Assembly (NCBI GenBank): GCA_002811645.1
Contig: PDIP01000066.1
Coordinates: 1-62,816, forward strand
DNA: 62,816 nucleotides
DNA from: Corallochytrium limacisporum Hawaii
Taxonomy: Eukaryota > Protista > Pluriformea
Reading direction: 5' to 3'
In this document: positions 36,868 through 47,943 of the stretch, in pieces
Numbering within the stretch: position 1 is the stretch's first letter
Layout: every line of letters begins with the position of its first letter
Notes under the pieces: model-generated
Told to the model about the DNA's origin: nothing
What the model saw: the letters and a program-made list of their open reading frames with translations, nothing else
Databases searched by the model: none
Position numbers and translations under genes: made by a program

Positions 36868-37280
36868 GCGGCCGTGATCACCCTCCTTGGTCAGATTTGT
36901 GTCGACACCTATATCAATATACTGAACATTGTACCGTAGACAAAAGTTCCATGACAATCATCTCCTCCGTATCAGAAGAGCCAATAGACGATATGAGCCC
37001 AAATCTTAGCTGGCCTCGAATCCCACTGAGGTGGGGGAAGGGCTGCGCGTGACGTCGTGACTTTGGTGGAGTGAAGCGGGAGGGTCCGTTGGGGCGAGGC
37101 AAGAAAATACTCAGGAGCATTCTGGCATGTGACCGGCGGTCCTTTTGGGGAAGCCAACTATTTCAGAAGGATGATACACAGTGTCTCGGCCTAGATCAGG
37201 ACCCAGTGATGGACAAACTAGTGCAAATCCTGTAGCCCGAATCGACAGGTAAATCGATAAGCAATGTGAGACAGTTTGTA

Positions 37281-37315
37281 CAGCAGCAGAATTCTCCAGC
37301 AGCAGAATTCTCCAG
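37281..37315. repeat. 16-bp tandem duplication (cagcagcagaattctc x2) just upstream of TCF25
   Basis: Exact duplication seen directly in the sequence. Confidence 0.9.
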
Positions 37316-37328
37316 GTAGACTCACAAG

Positions 37329-39626
37329 ATGTCGTCCCGTGCTATGAAGCGCTTGTTAGCTGAGCGACAAAAAGAGCAAGACCTCATGGCCACACGAGTA
37401 CTTGGTGATCAAGCCGAAGATGATTCAGAAGGCGAAGACAATAAACCAACAAGAAACGTAAATGCTTTCGCAATGTTAGTAGGAGACGATGATGACATGG
37501 TCGACGACGAGGAAGAGGTCGAGGAGGAAGAGCAGAACAAGGAGGCGAAATCCACACAATCCACGGCAAAGTCATCAAAAAGTAAAAAGAAAAAGAGGAA
37601 GAACAAGAAGAAGACGGACTCTCCAACAAACGTGAACGCGGTAGTTGACAAGCAGACTGACGGGGACGCAATCGACGTCGAAGAAGAGCGTATTCTAGCA
37701 GAATTCGCAGAGAAAGCCAAGAAAGAAGCGATTGAGCTGGAGCAACAGGAAATTTTGAAGGCGAATGCAGTAAATGTATTGCAAAAGTTTGGAGATCTCA
37801 TGTCCATCACAAAACAGAAATGTGACCCTGACCTTGAGATGCGCAGAATATTCGGGCGTGAAGTTATGGCGGCAGCAGCCGCAGAAGAGGGAGGTAATCA
37901 ACAAATGGCCAGGCCAGGACGGAGAGCACGTCGGGGTCAGCAGGTTGCTTCAACACACCGCAGCAGAGGAGGGCCACTCTTAAGGCAGACATGGCTCAGT
38001 AGGCCGAAGGACAATTGGCCACCATCCATCCGGAAAGGCATCAGCATGGTATACGATGAAGACGGAAGGACAAGTGTCGACGGAACGAGAAAGTTCCGCT
38101 TTGAGCACTCTCGTGACTATCAGGATATTCAGTTGTACTTTTACGATGCTGTAGATTCTATGAATCCGCAGAACATTGCTGCCATACTCAATCTCGACCC
38201 CTATCATGCTGATGCTCTGATCACATTAAGTGACATCTGCAAACATCAAGGCGACATTCAGATGGCATCAGACTTCATTGAAAGGGCTCTCTTTGCATTT
38301 GAAAGAGCTTTTCATCCCACCATCAACCTCGCTGACCCAGACTTCCGTGTTGATTACGCATGGTTAGAGAATCGTTCATTTTTCCTTGCCATTGCCCGGC
38401 ACATTGACTTCATGGGACGTCGGGGAGCATGGCGCACTGCTCTGGAGTTCTGCAAGCTGCTCTTCATTCTTGACCCTGAGATGGATCCTTTGGCGGCGCT
38501 TTTGGAGCTGGATTATCTCGCCATTCGTGCGAACGAGTTTGAATGGCTCTTGAACTTCTGGTTGTACTACGAAGGTAATAAGAACCTCAGCCTGCTGCCA
38601 AACTTTGCTTATTCCATTCCGCTTGCACGATTCATGAATACACAACATGAGCACCGTGTGACAGAGGCCATGGTAAAGCAAGCCGTCGGCCTCTACAAAA
38701 ATATGGATGAGGATGCCATGAAATTGAATACGGTCTTGGAACCCCTGTACACTGCAAGTATGGACCTCATTCGGGCCATGACCATCTTCCCGGAGGTTGT
38801 CGTGGCCCTGCAGCCGAAAGCGGCAATTAGCTTACCTGCTGAGGCAATGTCTCATGAACACTTTGCTGCGCTCGATGGGCGGACAAGCGTTGGTGTGAGC
38901 AAGACCTTGAAGTGCCTAGCACAATTATATGCAGAGCGGACCTACGCGCTTTGGAAAAGCGATGTCATTGTTCTGTGGTTAAGCGAGTGTATGAAAGCAG
39001 CAGTCTGGGACGTAGAACAGGGAATGGCTGCGGATGCAGAACCATTGCGCGAGGCGTACAGGGGAAACATGCCGAAGAACATTCAGCGTCACATCATTGT
39101 TGCAGACATTGGCAGTGTACGCGCACTTATGCCCCTGAACTTACCCGACAATGTGATGGCCTACGATCCCATTCCACCTACTAACTCCAGGTCTTCAGCA
39201 GACTATCCAAAGCAAATCCTGGAGCGCAGGCGCAACCAGGCCGATGAAACCGGGGATTCGTCGAATCCATTGATGGTACTGCTAAGATCTCTGATGCCTT
39301 CATACCATGTGGAAGGCCAACACCCCGTGGAGGCACAGATTGAGCGGCAGGGTCGACTGCAAGAGCTGCACCAGCGTGCGGGTGGAAATCGCCGTCCTCA
39401 TCAACCCGTGCGCAATGCAGATGGTGTACTTGATCTAGACCATCCGGATAACCCAATATTGGAAGAAGTGAACGAAGAAGAACAGGTGAATGCCGTCAAC
39501 CACCTGCGTCAGCTCCTTGGCGACATGGGCATTTTCACTGGGGAAAACCGGCCCATAGACAACGAAAGCGACGACGATGATGATGACGAAATTGTGGTCG
39601 ATGATGCTCCAGAAGAAGCACAATAG
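37329..39626 (+). CDS. TCF25: TCF25/Rqc1 ribosome quality control factor
   Basis: MSSRAMKRL start, DPDLEMRRIFG, FRFEHSRDYQ, PYHADALITLS, RRGAWRTALEFCKLL and LPNFAYSIPLA. Confidence 0.95.
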   Translation: MSSRAMKRLLAERQKEQDLMATRVLGDQAEDDSEGEDNKPTRNVNAFAMLVGDDDDMVDDEEEVEEEEQNKEAKSTQSTAKSSKSKKKKRKNKKKTDSPTNVNAVVDKQTDGDAIDVEEERILAEFAEKAKKEAIELEQQEILKANAVNVLQKFGDLMSITKQKCDPDLEMRRIFGREVMAAAAAEEGGNQQMARPGRRARRGQQVASTHRSRGGPLLRQTWLSRPKDNWPPSIRKGISMVYDEDGRTSVDGTRKFRFEHSRDYQDIQLYFYDAVDSMNPQNIAAILNLDPYHADALITLSDICKHQGDIQMASDFIERALFAFERAFHPTINLADPDFRVDYAWLENRSFFLAIARHIDFMGRRGAWRTALEFCKLLFILDPEMDPLAALLELDYLAIRANEFEWLLNFWLYYEGNKNLSLLPNFAYSIPLARFMNTQHEHRVTEAMVKQAVGLYKNMDEDAMKLNTVLEPLYTASMDLIRAMTIFPEVVVALQPKAAISLPAEAMSHEHFAALDGRTSVGVSKTLKCLAQLYAERTYALWKSDVIVLWLSECMKAAVWDVEQGMAADAEPLREAYRGNMPKNIQRHIIVADIGSVRALMPLNLPDNVMAYDPIPPTNSRSSADYPKQILERRRNQADETGDSSNPLMVLLRSLMPSYHVEGQHPVEAQIERQGRLQELHQRAGGNRRPHQPVRNADGVLDLDHPDNPILEEVNEEEQVNAVNHLRQLLGDMGIFTGENRPIDNESDDDDDDEIVVDDAPEEAQ

Positions 39627-40097
39627 AATAAAAGACGTGCCATCCTTGTCCCCTTTTAGGATTTTGAACGAGGCTAAGTTTCCCTCGCACGCTCCACTGT
39701 GCCCAAGAATGAAGTCAACCCTCCCTCCCTCCCTCGTCCTCCGGGGTCCAGTCCTTCACAGAACCAAAAAATTGACCCGACCGCTTCTCGTGGATCTCCC
39801 GGAAAAAGGCCGCGTTTCCTTTTCCGTCCTCGATTGCACCCTTTGCAGGAGGTTTATTTCTGGTTTCTGTGTTTTTTTTTAATTCTCCCTTTTGGTTGGG
39901 TGGGTCCGTCCGGTGTTGTTCTTCGCCTCGAGTGTATTTCTGTTGTCCTGTGATGTGCCCACATAATTGTATCAGAGTAGGTACTTCAGGGAGAATGGCT
40001 ATGGTGCACATGTACTTTGACGATTCTAAACCGAAACACCGGACGGACTCTTTGGTGACTTATGCACCTCAAAGGGTGATCATCTAGGTCCGAACAT

Positions 40098-41795
40098 ATG
40101 ACAATGCAGCAGGCTTGGGCTCTGATTGCTGCGGTTCTGGTGGCATGCTCCCTGCCAACTTCGTTGGGGGTGCAGGCCCCAATGGACCACGACAGAATTC
40201 CGGGCAGGAAGTATACGCTTGACAGTCGTTGCCTAGTGATCCGCGAGAGTGCATGGGACCTTGGAAAAGACGGAAAGTATTCGGAGGGCTGGTACCGAAG
40301 AAACTGGAATTCTGTATATGCACCCGAATATTCCAAAGACGAAACTGGAATCAGGATTGGCAGGTTCTTGCACCACATTAATGCGGAAAATTTTGAATAC
40401 ATGACAACGCTGTACGATGTGCCATTTGACCTGCTTGTGGTGGATTCCGACGACTTTGACATCGACAAGGTGCCGAGTATGCTGGAAGTAGGACCCAAAC
40501 ATGGACGGTATAATTGCATTCTAAAAACGTCCACCCGGGTTGAAGACTTCAACAACAGCAGTGACCGCACGCCTCCTAGGCTCATGAAGATGATTACAAA
40601 CTACAGGCGGAAGTACAATGTAAAAATGGTGTACATGCTGGCAACTCCTTTGGATGTCCAGGGCGTCAAGAGTATACCGCAACAAAGGAAAGATGCAGAA
40701 ATTGGAGATCCCGCCTACCCAGCAGTCATGAAAGCGTTGCCTCACATTAAGAGTATGACTAAGTTCATCGATGTTGGCAAAGAATTTCCTATAGGTGAAT
40801 CGTGGGTGCCATTGCCGGAGGGTACGGACAACCAAGGAGGCGTCAGCTACCCCTGGCGAGTGATTTCGAAGAACATCTGCTACTACCATGCTGTAAAGGT
40901 TACCGATAAGACACGTAACAAGTGCTTTTATGCGGATGCGGAAGACGAAGAATCGTGTCTAGCTATGGTTCGCACAGAGGAAGATGGAACTGAAACCGTG
41001 TACTTCTTCATCCAGATGGCCATATGGAAGACTATGGTTTCAACCGCAAGTTTTGCGTGGACCGAGTGGATGTTCCACGGTATCCACTATGGTGCACGTC
41101 GTCTATACCTGTGGAACGCAATTTGGACCTACGAGTGGCTGCCGGGTATGAACACTTATCAAAGGAATCAGGTTCTTGGCGATCAAGGTATCGGAAACAC
41201 TCGTTACCCTCAGCCTTACGAGAATGTCACGGAGTTCTTAAACCTCGAGTGGTACCCAGTGGATAGCCCAAAGGCCAAGATAGGCCTCTATGATGACAGT
41301 TTACATGCTCGGCTCCATCGGCATCGAATGCGCAAGAATTACCTGGACAATTCCAAGGAAAGTCATGCCCAGGTATCGTTTTTTATGGGAGAGGATGCCC
41401 ACGATCCAATTGGGTTTGAAATTTCTGCGGACAAGGATGCTGTCTATCCGCTGACCGGATTGTCGGAGTTGGCCACGCGCATTCCATACGCTTTCAAAGT
41501 AAAGTACGGCCGTCAGTTCACCACTTGGATTCCAATGGAGCGCGGGCAGCGCTTCATGGTCCTTGCGGGTGATGAGGAAGGCGTGTACTATATGGAAAAG
41601 ACTGATGGTGTCACCAAGACACACCGACCCTCTGCTGAATGGAATGACCCGGAACCGTATCCAGTCTTTGGTGCCTTCAGTCTAACTTCCTACGTCATGG
41701 GCATTTTGACGATGTTCGGCCTCCAGTACTTTCGCAAGGGCGGCGGGTTTCGGAAGGGGTACCTACCGGTTTCTCAACACTCCCGCCGCGACTGA
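40098..41795 (+). CDS. Secreted/type-I membrane protein with an Agd3-like N-terminal (CBM87-like) region
   Basis: Signal peptide (WALIAAVLVACSL) and C-terminal TM helix (FSLTSYVMGILTMFGL) followed by a basic tail. Segments NYRRKYNVKMVY, DGTETVYFF and WTEWMFHGIHYGARRLYL recall the Agd3 family. Confidence 0.6.
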   Translation: MTMQQAWALIAAVLVACSLPTSLGVQAPMDHDRIPGRKYTLDSRCLVIRESAWDLGKDGKYSEGWYRRNWNSVYAPEYSKDETGIRIGRFLHHINAENFEYMTTLYDVPFDLLVVDSDDFDIDKVPSMLEVGPKHGRYNCILKTSTRVEDFNNSSDRTPPRLMKMITNYRRKYNVKMVYMLATPLDVQGVKSIPQQRKDAEIGDPAYPAVMKALPHIKSMTKFIDVGKEFPIGESWVPLPEGTDNQGGVSYPWRVISKNICYYHAVKVTDKTRNKCFYADAEDEESCLAMVRTEEDGTETVYFFIQMAIWKTMVSTASFAWTEWMFHGIHYGARRLYLWNAIWTYEWLPGMNTYQRNQVLGDQGIGNTRYPQPYENVTEFLNLEWYPVDSPKAKIGLYDDSLHARLHRHRMRKNYLDNSKESHAQVSFFMGEDAHDPIGFEISADKDAVYPLTGLSELATRIPYAFKVKYGRQFTTWIPMERGQRFMVLAGDEEGVYYMEKTDGVTKTHRPSAEWNDPEPYPVFGAFSLTSYVMGILTMFGLQYFRKGGGFRKGYLPVSQHSRRD

Positions 41796-42383
41796 AGCGT
41801 AGAACATGGGGACGAATGAGCTACCGGGCCGTCGCGGCACCGCAGGCGGGTCTCAGCCGAGGACGCGACCCGGCTCGCTCCGTAGACTTCACGAGAGTCA
41901 TGGTGCGGCAGCCAGATTTTCATCATTCCAACTTCCCTTTGATGCAATCAATAATATTGATATAATGCAAACAGATAGTAATTCAAACCAAGCCTTAGGG
42001 CAGGCGAACTGGGCGCGAAAAGTTTGTGTGGAAAGGGGGGTACGGGGAGGGAGGGAGATGTGGGGAGTACACGATCGTTGAGACTCCGCTCGCAAGTGGG
42101 CGATTTGTGAAGGGACACCGATTAGGAAGCGGGAAGCTTCGGGCCACCAGACCCTGAACAGCGACCGTAGAAAACAGCTGTGCTTCTTTCCCGCTGATTT
42201 TTGATTGTGGAACATGTGGGGTGCTCGCTGTGGTATTTGAACGGTGTTTGATCGGCCAGGACGACAAGAGTACTACTACGCCACAAGAACCACTTTTGGA
42301 AGCGAGCATATTGCAGGCTGTGATCGAACAATGTAGCACAGGACTGAACCAGAAATAGAGAAGTTCCACAAAACAGAAGAATA

Positions 42384-45300
42384 ATGCCCGCGATAGCAAC
42401 CACAGCAACTGGCCTGGGAACACAAACCCAATACAAGGGAAGTAGTACAAACACTTGGCACGGACACAGCGCCATAAGATCAGTTTTGGACAGTGGAAAG
42501 ATGTTTATGGCTTTCGGATCTCGCAGTGACGATGCAGAAGATGCAAGGAATGGACTGAGCACTGCTGGTCTTGTTGTTGGTGGTGAAGAAGGCACGCTGA
42601 CGATTATTGCAAGAGGCTACGGTCAGAAGGAACCCGGCCGTGTGTTGGAGCATCATTTGGAAGCCATTCGCAGCCTCGCCGTGGTGGGCAACAAGATCTT
42701 CAGTGCGTCGGAGGATGGTCAGGTGACGCAGAGCAGCTTTCCTCGTGGTAACATCATTAGTCATATTACTCGGATGGATTCATGCCGTGTCATGGGTGTC
42801 AGCGCTACTGGCTTGCGCCTGGCAGTCGCGGGCCTCGAACCGGAGATCCGGGTCGTAAGCACCCTGGACAACACAAATACGGCAACACTAAAGGGACACA
42901 AAGGACATATTCGTGGTGTCGCCTTCGATCCGCAAGGGGAGTACTTAGCATCTGCTGGTGCTGATGGCGAGGTTCGCCTTTGGAGTTGTGAGAGTGGAAA
43001 AGAGAGCGAAGATAAGCCCAAGTCTGACGAGACCCAAGACCTTCTGCATGGTGACGATGACGATGACGGCAACGGTATGGAATGGACGTGCCAACAGACC
43101 CTTACTTTGTTGGCAGAGGAGCGTGGTCGTGATCCCCCACCTTGCGAACTCAATTGGTCTGCAGATGGGGAGTGGCTGGCCATTCCAAACCAGCAGAACA
43201 TACTCTTGCTTGACCGCAAAGCTTCCGTAACAAGGACTCTATCCAACGAGACGATTACCGACCAGGGACATGCCATCCTCGGCTGCAAATTTGTTGGATA
43301 TAGTGGTCTCCTTGTTGCGTATACGAAGACATCAGTGCAGCTATGGGATGCCCAGAGTGGCGAATTGGTGGATGTCATCGAAGCCCATGGCCCGATCACA
43401 GACATGGACGTCGATGTGGCGTCCAATGTACCAATTATCGGCTATGCCAGCGCAAAGGGCGGGTACGCCTGTTGGCGACCCCGTTCTATTGATGGCCTTA
43501 TAGGTCGTGTCAAGACGCCATCCGGGAAGTCTCAGCCATCTGCAACCTTGGCTGATCTGGCGTTTGAGGACGATGATGACGATGTGGTTCCCGCCACCGT
43601 TGTCAAGTCTCGCTCCACACTTACCCACTCTTCAGGCAGTAGCGGACGCCGGCGTGCAATTATGGATAGCGACAATGATGAGGACCTACAGGAAGAAGCT
43701 AACCTAGCAGCCACGAAGCAGAAACCCACCCTAGATGACCTCGGAGATGACGACTTTAGTGAAGAAGAAGATGAAGCTATGTTGGCGGCCGCAGCGGAGG
43801 TCGAAAACGATAAGCAAGGGAGCAAAGTGCGGAAGAGCAACATAATGGAAGATGATGAAGAAGAAGTCTTCGGTGCCGAGGACTTGAGTGAAGAAGAACC
43901 ATTTGATGGTCAGTACTACAGTCGTCACGATCGTAGACCATTTGAAGCAGACCGCTTAGATCATATGGATGGCAATGGTGTTCCTGGACGCCCCATGAAA
44001 TTTTCTCAGCATTCAGCCCTTCAGCCCGGAGCAACAGAGTATTACTTGGGGAAGCGCTTCCTAGCGTACAATGATGTGGGAATGGTCGTGGCATCACGCG
44101 GCCAGGATAGCGACCTTGGAGATCAATTGAGCATTGAGTTCCATGAAAGTGATCGCCGGGCTATCCGTATTACCGATCACCACTCTTTCACTTTGGGTGC
44201 CCTGAATAGGCAAGGCGCTTTGTTTGCCAATGAAGAAAAGAGTGTGCAACATCGCAAGAAGAGTAGATCTTCACCAAGTCAGGCGTCTACTATTTTCTTC
44301 AAAAAGTTTGAAGGTTGGGGTACAAACATGGACTGGACTCATACTCTACCCCACGGCGAGAGTGCTCGCTGTGTTGCTTTGCTCGAGCATCATGCCGTTG
44401 TTGCCACGTCCAAGGGTTACTTGAGGATCTTCGGTATCGGCGGTGTCCAAGACATGGTCCTTTGCCTACCAGGCAACCCAGTTGCTGTTTCAGGTGACAA
44501 AGCACTGCTTTTTGTGGTGTATAATCTTGGCGCTACAAATCTGGGATACTGGATCTACAACACAGCCGAGCGCAGGCTGCTGCAAGAAGGCACTTGTCCT
44601 GTCACACCGAACCATCATCTCACCTGGCTTGGCTTCCAGGAAGACACGCAGATGCCAGTCACCCACGACAGCGCTGGTGTGCTCCGTGGTCTGATTTCAG
44701 AGGGAGCAGCTAAGCGTTTGTCTGGCCGTAACCGTGAGCAAGCCAAGAGGCTGTGGCTTCCCCTGTTGGAGACCACAGTTCACAAGCGAGGAGACGATGG
44801 CATGGATACAAAGCACCAATGGGTTTATCAGATCTTGGGCGATGGGACAGTTCTAGTAGCAGTGTGCCGACGCAGCAAAGAGCCTCGCGTCAACCCACGG
44901 AGTAGTATCGAGGATCTGCAGTTTCGCCTACCCATGTTGGGCCTCGCCACTGAAGCGGGTAGATATGAAGAAACCTACATGCGGGAGACAATCAAACGTA
45001 CTATGCAATCAGATGCAGTATTGCCTCTTCGCAAACGCCAGGCCCAGAATGATATTGCCCTCCTTAAGATGCTTGAGCAGGCCTGCCAGCAGGATCGGTC
45101 ATTGCGGGCTCTGGATTTAATGATGCGCCTGCAGCGCATGGATTCGATCGAAGCGGCCATCAAAGTGGCAGGGTCTTACAGGATGCAGGAACTAGTCGAC
45201 CGTATGCAGCTGGTGCGCCAGGGCGTTCTTGCAGAACAGCAGCAGGTGGCTCTGATGCGTCAGCAGGAACAACAGGCGGCTGCTCAACAGAGTATTGCCG

Positions 45301-46100
45301 CTGCAGTCAGCCGTCCCGCCGTTGCGAAGCAACCCGATGCGACACCGTCACCGACCGTCGCATCCCGGTCTGTGCGCGCACCTGCACCTCAACCGGAGCC
45401 AACTGTTGTGGCTCCCGAGCCGCCGACCACACCTAATGGAAAAGATCATCAACCGCTTGCCTCGCCCTTCCGTCGCACCAGCGGGGGATCACCGAGCTTT
45501 GGCAGTGCCAAGACCGGGCCCGCCACAACTCCGAAGCGAAAGTCCCTTGAATCGATACATTCTGCCCGGCGTACTCATCCAAACCCTTTCGCTAAGGTCA
45601 AGGATTCCTTGAAGAAGGCTGATCAGACTCAGAGCCCATCTCTAGAGCCAGCTCGAGGCGTGTTCCGCTCCCTCGGTAACTCCGGGAAGACCACCGCCCA
45701 AATGACACCAACGACTGGAAAGGTCGGTGCCAGTCGCACTGCTCTAGGCAGTGGTGGCAAGCAAAAGCGCCAAGCCACTATCGAGAGCGTCACCGCAAGC
45801 AACCGACCGAAACAGCGGAAGCTTAATAAGTTTGAGAAGAATGCCCCGTACTTTGAAGAAGTGCCCGGAGAGGACGACGGTGATGCCACAGCTTCGAAGA
45901 AGGAGCGTAGAGTGGGAGAGCCGACTCCGGATGAAGAGGCCCACAGCGAAGAGAGCCGGCAAGAGAAAGTCGAAGTCGAAGACGCCCCTACCAGGCGACG
46001 TGCAGCGCCCATAATTGCTGATGACGACGACGATGACGATGACGATGAAAATGACTCCCTGTCCATGCCTAAAGTCGTCAACGTTGCCATGAATAGCTAG
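42384..46100 (+). CDS. WDHD1: Ctf4/AND-1/Mcl1 replisome hub (WD40 plus SepB domain)
   Basis: N-terminal WD40 repeats (LKGHKGHIRGVAFDPQGEYLASAGADGEVRLW) and SepB motifs QPGAT..RFLAYNDVG, ATSKGYLRIFGIGGVQ and LTWLGF..DSAGVLR. Confidence 0.93.
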   Translation: MPAIATTATGLGTQTQYKGSSTNTWHGHSAIRSVLDSGKMFMAFGSRSDDAEDARNGLSTAGLVVGGEEGTLTIIARGYGQKEPGRVLEHHLEAIRSLAVVGNKIFSASEDGQVTQSSFPRGNIISHITRMDSCRVMGVSATGLRLAVAGLEPEIRVVSTLDNTNTATLKGHKGHIRGVAFDPQGEYLASAGADGEVRLWSCESGKESEDKPKSDETQDLLHGDDDDDGNGMEWTCQQTLTLLAEERGRDPPPCELNWSADGEWLAIPNQQNILLLDRKASVTRTLSNETITDQGHAILGCKFVGYSGLLVAYTKTSVQLWDAQSGELVDVIEAHGPITDMDVDVASNVPIIGYASAKGGYACWRPRSIDGLIGRVKTPSGKSQPSATLADLAFEDDDDDVVPATVVKSRSTLTHSSGSSGRRRAIMDSDNDEDLQEEANLAATKQKPTLDDLGDDDFSEEEDEAMLAAAAEVENDKQGSKVRKSNIMEDDEEEVFGAEDLSEEEPFDGQYYSRHDRRPFEADRLDHMDGNGVPGRPMKFSQHSALQPGATEYYLGKRFLAYNDVGMVVASRGQDSDLGDQLSIEFHESDRRAIRITDHHSFTLGALNRQGALFANEEKSVQHRKKSRSSPSQASTIFFKKFEGWGTNMDWTHTLPHGESARCVALLEHHAVVATSKGYLRIFGIGGVQDMVLCLPGNPVAVSGDKALLFVVYNLGATNLGYWIYNTAERRLLQEGTCPVTPNHHLTWLGFQEDTQMPVTHDSAGVLRGLISEGAAKRLSGRNREQAKRLWLPLLETTVHKRGDDGMDTKHQWVYQILGDGTVLVAVCRRSKEPRVNPRSSIEDLQFRLPMLGLATEAGRYEETYMRETIKRTMQSDAVLPLRKRQAQNDIALLKMLEQACQQDRSLRALDLMMRLQRMDSIEAAIKVAGSYRMQELVDRMQLVRQGVLAEQQQVALMRQQEQQAAAQQSIAAAVSRPAVAKQPDATPSPTVASRSVRAPAPQPEPTVVAPEPPTTPNGKDHQPLASPFRRTSGGSPSFGSAKTGPATTPKRKSLESIHSARRTHPNPFAKVKDSLKKADQTQSPSLEPARGVFRSLGNSGKTTAQMTPTTGKVGASRTALGSGGKQKRQATIESVTASNRPKQRKLNKFEKNAPYFEEVPGEDDGDATASKKERRVGEPTPDEEAHSEESRQEKVEVEDAPTRRRAAPIIADDDDDDDDDENDSLSMPKVVNVAMNS

Positions 46101-46185
46101 GATTCTATAGAGAAGAAGACAATTATCACAACGAGAACAAGAATGGACAAGCTATCTGTATTTACCTAAGGCATGGCAACTGTAA

Positions 46186-47433
46186 TCATTTGCTGCCTTT
46201 CTGTATGTTTGCCTCTGTTCTCTCTTCCCAGGCTTCGACCTTCAGAAGGAAGTCGTGCACATCCGCGCAGAAGTGAGTCTGGTGCATGAGGTTATTGTGT
46301 CCACCGGTGGCGTAAAACGACAACTGCAGTGGCGGCAGGTCAGTCTTTGCCATGACACTGCGTTCTTGGGTGGCCAAGGCAGCGGCATGGATTTCTTGGC
46401 TTTGGTCAAACGAAATTTCCGTGTCGTACTCACCGTGCTGCAGCAGGATGGGCACCTGCAGAGCCAAGTCGGTCTCTGCCATATTCTTGAGGTTGTAAAA
46501 TCCATCAGGGAAAACCTCCTGCAGCCGGTCCCACATGTACGGCATGATCCTGACAGGCAAGGAAAGGAAATGACTTGAGGCTCCACCTAGAAGCGACGTG
46601 AACGCGGCTTCCAGTACCACAGCCTTAGGTAGAGACGGTACGTGGTGCTGTTTTGAAGTATCGTAGTCCTTGATCCGCTTTAGTAGCACCTGCATGAATT
46701 CCGTTGCAATGCCTGCGCCCAGGCTATGCCCCCACACGATGATACGCCGCGGCTCGACACCATAGTCCAGGGTCAGCCGATCCCACACCCACACAGCGTC
46801 CACTACGACCCGGCTATGGTCCTCTGGCACCCCCCCGCTGCTCTCTGCAAAACCACGGTAGTCCATAGCCACGACGTGCGCGCCCAAATGTGTCCGCAAG
46901 ACGTCGTAAAATTCGAGGCGATGTCCGAAGGCCCTCGTAGCCCCGTTCCCATGCAGGTAGAGCACTAATGGAACCTCCTTGTCTTCAGTGCCTTTCAAGA
47001 GACCGTCTGCTCGCAGTGTTTCAAGCATATACTCATGTTCATCGGCGAAAAATTCTTCACGCAGGATCTGGGTGCCGTTGTCAAAGGTCTGCAGGTGCTC
47101 CCGCCGCAGCTTGAGGTGTCCAATTGTGTGATGATTCTTCGGCAGGAGATGCCAGCAACTAACGCGCTCTAGCTCACTGATAGGGTCTGTGTTCACCCAA
47201 GGTCTAATGTCATGGTCACGTCCATAGACAAAAAATCTACGCGCTCCCAATACACCGTGCAAAGTCGGATCTCTCATATCAAAGAACAATGGAAGTTTCG
47301 CAAAACTCAGATATGCCGCGGCCATCAGCAGCTCTGGAGCGAAATTCAGAACGTACATCAGCAGTACAGCAAGCCCAAGGTACAGGTAGACCACTGTCCG
47401 CAGGGTGCGGACCAGGAAGCCCACAAGATTCAT
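46186..47433 (-). CDS. ABHD12: ABHD12-like alpha/beta hydrolase (lipase) with an N-terminal TM helix
   Basis: LYLHGN, DYRGFAES, WGHSLGAG nucleophile elbow, VLEAAFTS, HGEYD and GHN. Confidence 0.88.
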   Translation of the reverse strand: MNLVGFLVRTLRTVVYLYLGLAVLLMYVLNFAPELLMAAAYLSFAKLPLFFDMRDPTLHGVLGARRFFVYGRDHDIRPWVNTDPISELERVSCWHLLPKNHHTIGHLKLRREHLQTFDNGTQILREEFFADEHEYMLETLRADGLLKGTEDKEVPLVLYLHGNGATRAFGHRLEFYDVLRTHLGAHVVAMDYRGFAESSGGVPEDHSRVVVDAVWVWDRLTLDYGVEPRRIIVWGHSLGAGIATEFMQVLLKRIKDYDTSKQHHVPSLPKAVVLEAAFTSLLGGASSHFLSLPVRIMPYMWDRLQEVFPDGFYNLKNMAETDLALQVPILLQHGEYDTEISFDQSQEIHAAALATQERSVMAKTDLPPLQLSFYATGGHNNLMHQTHFCADVHDFLLKVEAWEERTEANIQKGSK

Positions 47434-47855
47434 GGGTCCACTTTTGCCTTTCGCGGTTTCACAGAGGTGCTATACCATCCTGACCGCCATTCAAAATGAT
47501 CTTCCAATCCCTGAACAAGTTCTACCGTCCGCATGAAACAATGAGACACATTCAACACATTTTCAAAGTTGTGCGCTCCGAATATCTTTTCACCGTCATG
47601 GGTAACGTACAGCTCGAGTTTTGAAGTATCTAAACTCACCTGTGCACTCCCACCTGAGGAGCAGTGATGGTCCTTGAGGGGGAGATTTATGAAGGTGGGG
47701 GAGGCACCAGAAGCCTTCCTCATCCGCGAACCCAATATGACGTCCGTCTGTGGCATAGCAGCACCGGTGTCTCGTCTGAACAGGACAGTGTGTAAAGCCA
47801 TATAGAGCATAGTTCCCGACCAATCTTGTAGTATTTGATCACTATGCTTTGGCAT
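47430..47855 (-). CDS. 141-aa protein, possibly a divergent Atg101-like HORMA protein
   Basis: ATG-initiated ORF filling the MMSDH-ABHD12 gap. MALHTVLFRRDTG resembles the Atg101 motif LHTVLLHRSTG, and SGGSAQVSLD resembles GQMSLE. Shorter than typical Atg101. Confidence 0.45.
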   Translation of the reverse strand: MPKHSDQILQDWSGTMLYMALHTVLFRRDTGAAMPQTDVILGSRMRKASGASPTFINLPLKDHHCSSGGSAQVSLDTSKLELYVTHDGEKIFGAHNFENVLNVSHCFMRTVELVQGLEDHFEWRSGWYSTSVKPRKAKVDP

Positions 47856-47943
47856 AATCTAAATGGATGTGGAATGTATTTACGTACTTCGGGTGTTTGT
47901 GTAAGTGTTTGGACTTGAGCACCCATGCTAATTGCTAAGTTCT

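Noticed and set aside
36864-37052. Third ATGA overlap: RIF1 stop with a 62-aa ORF
   Set aside because: Any TGA preceded by A gives ATGA. The ORF is short with no recognisable features, so chance is likely. Worth revisiting if coupling proves general.
42382-42386. TAATG stop/start overlap at the WDHD1 start
   Set aside because: The upstream frame is closed by a TAG about 16 codons earlier, so there is no upstream gene.
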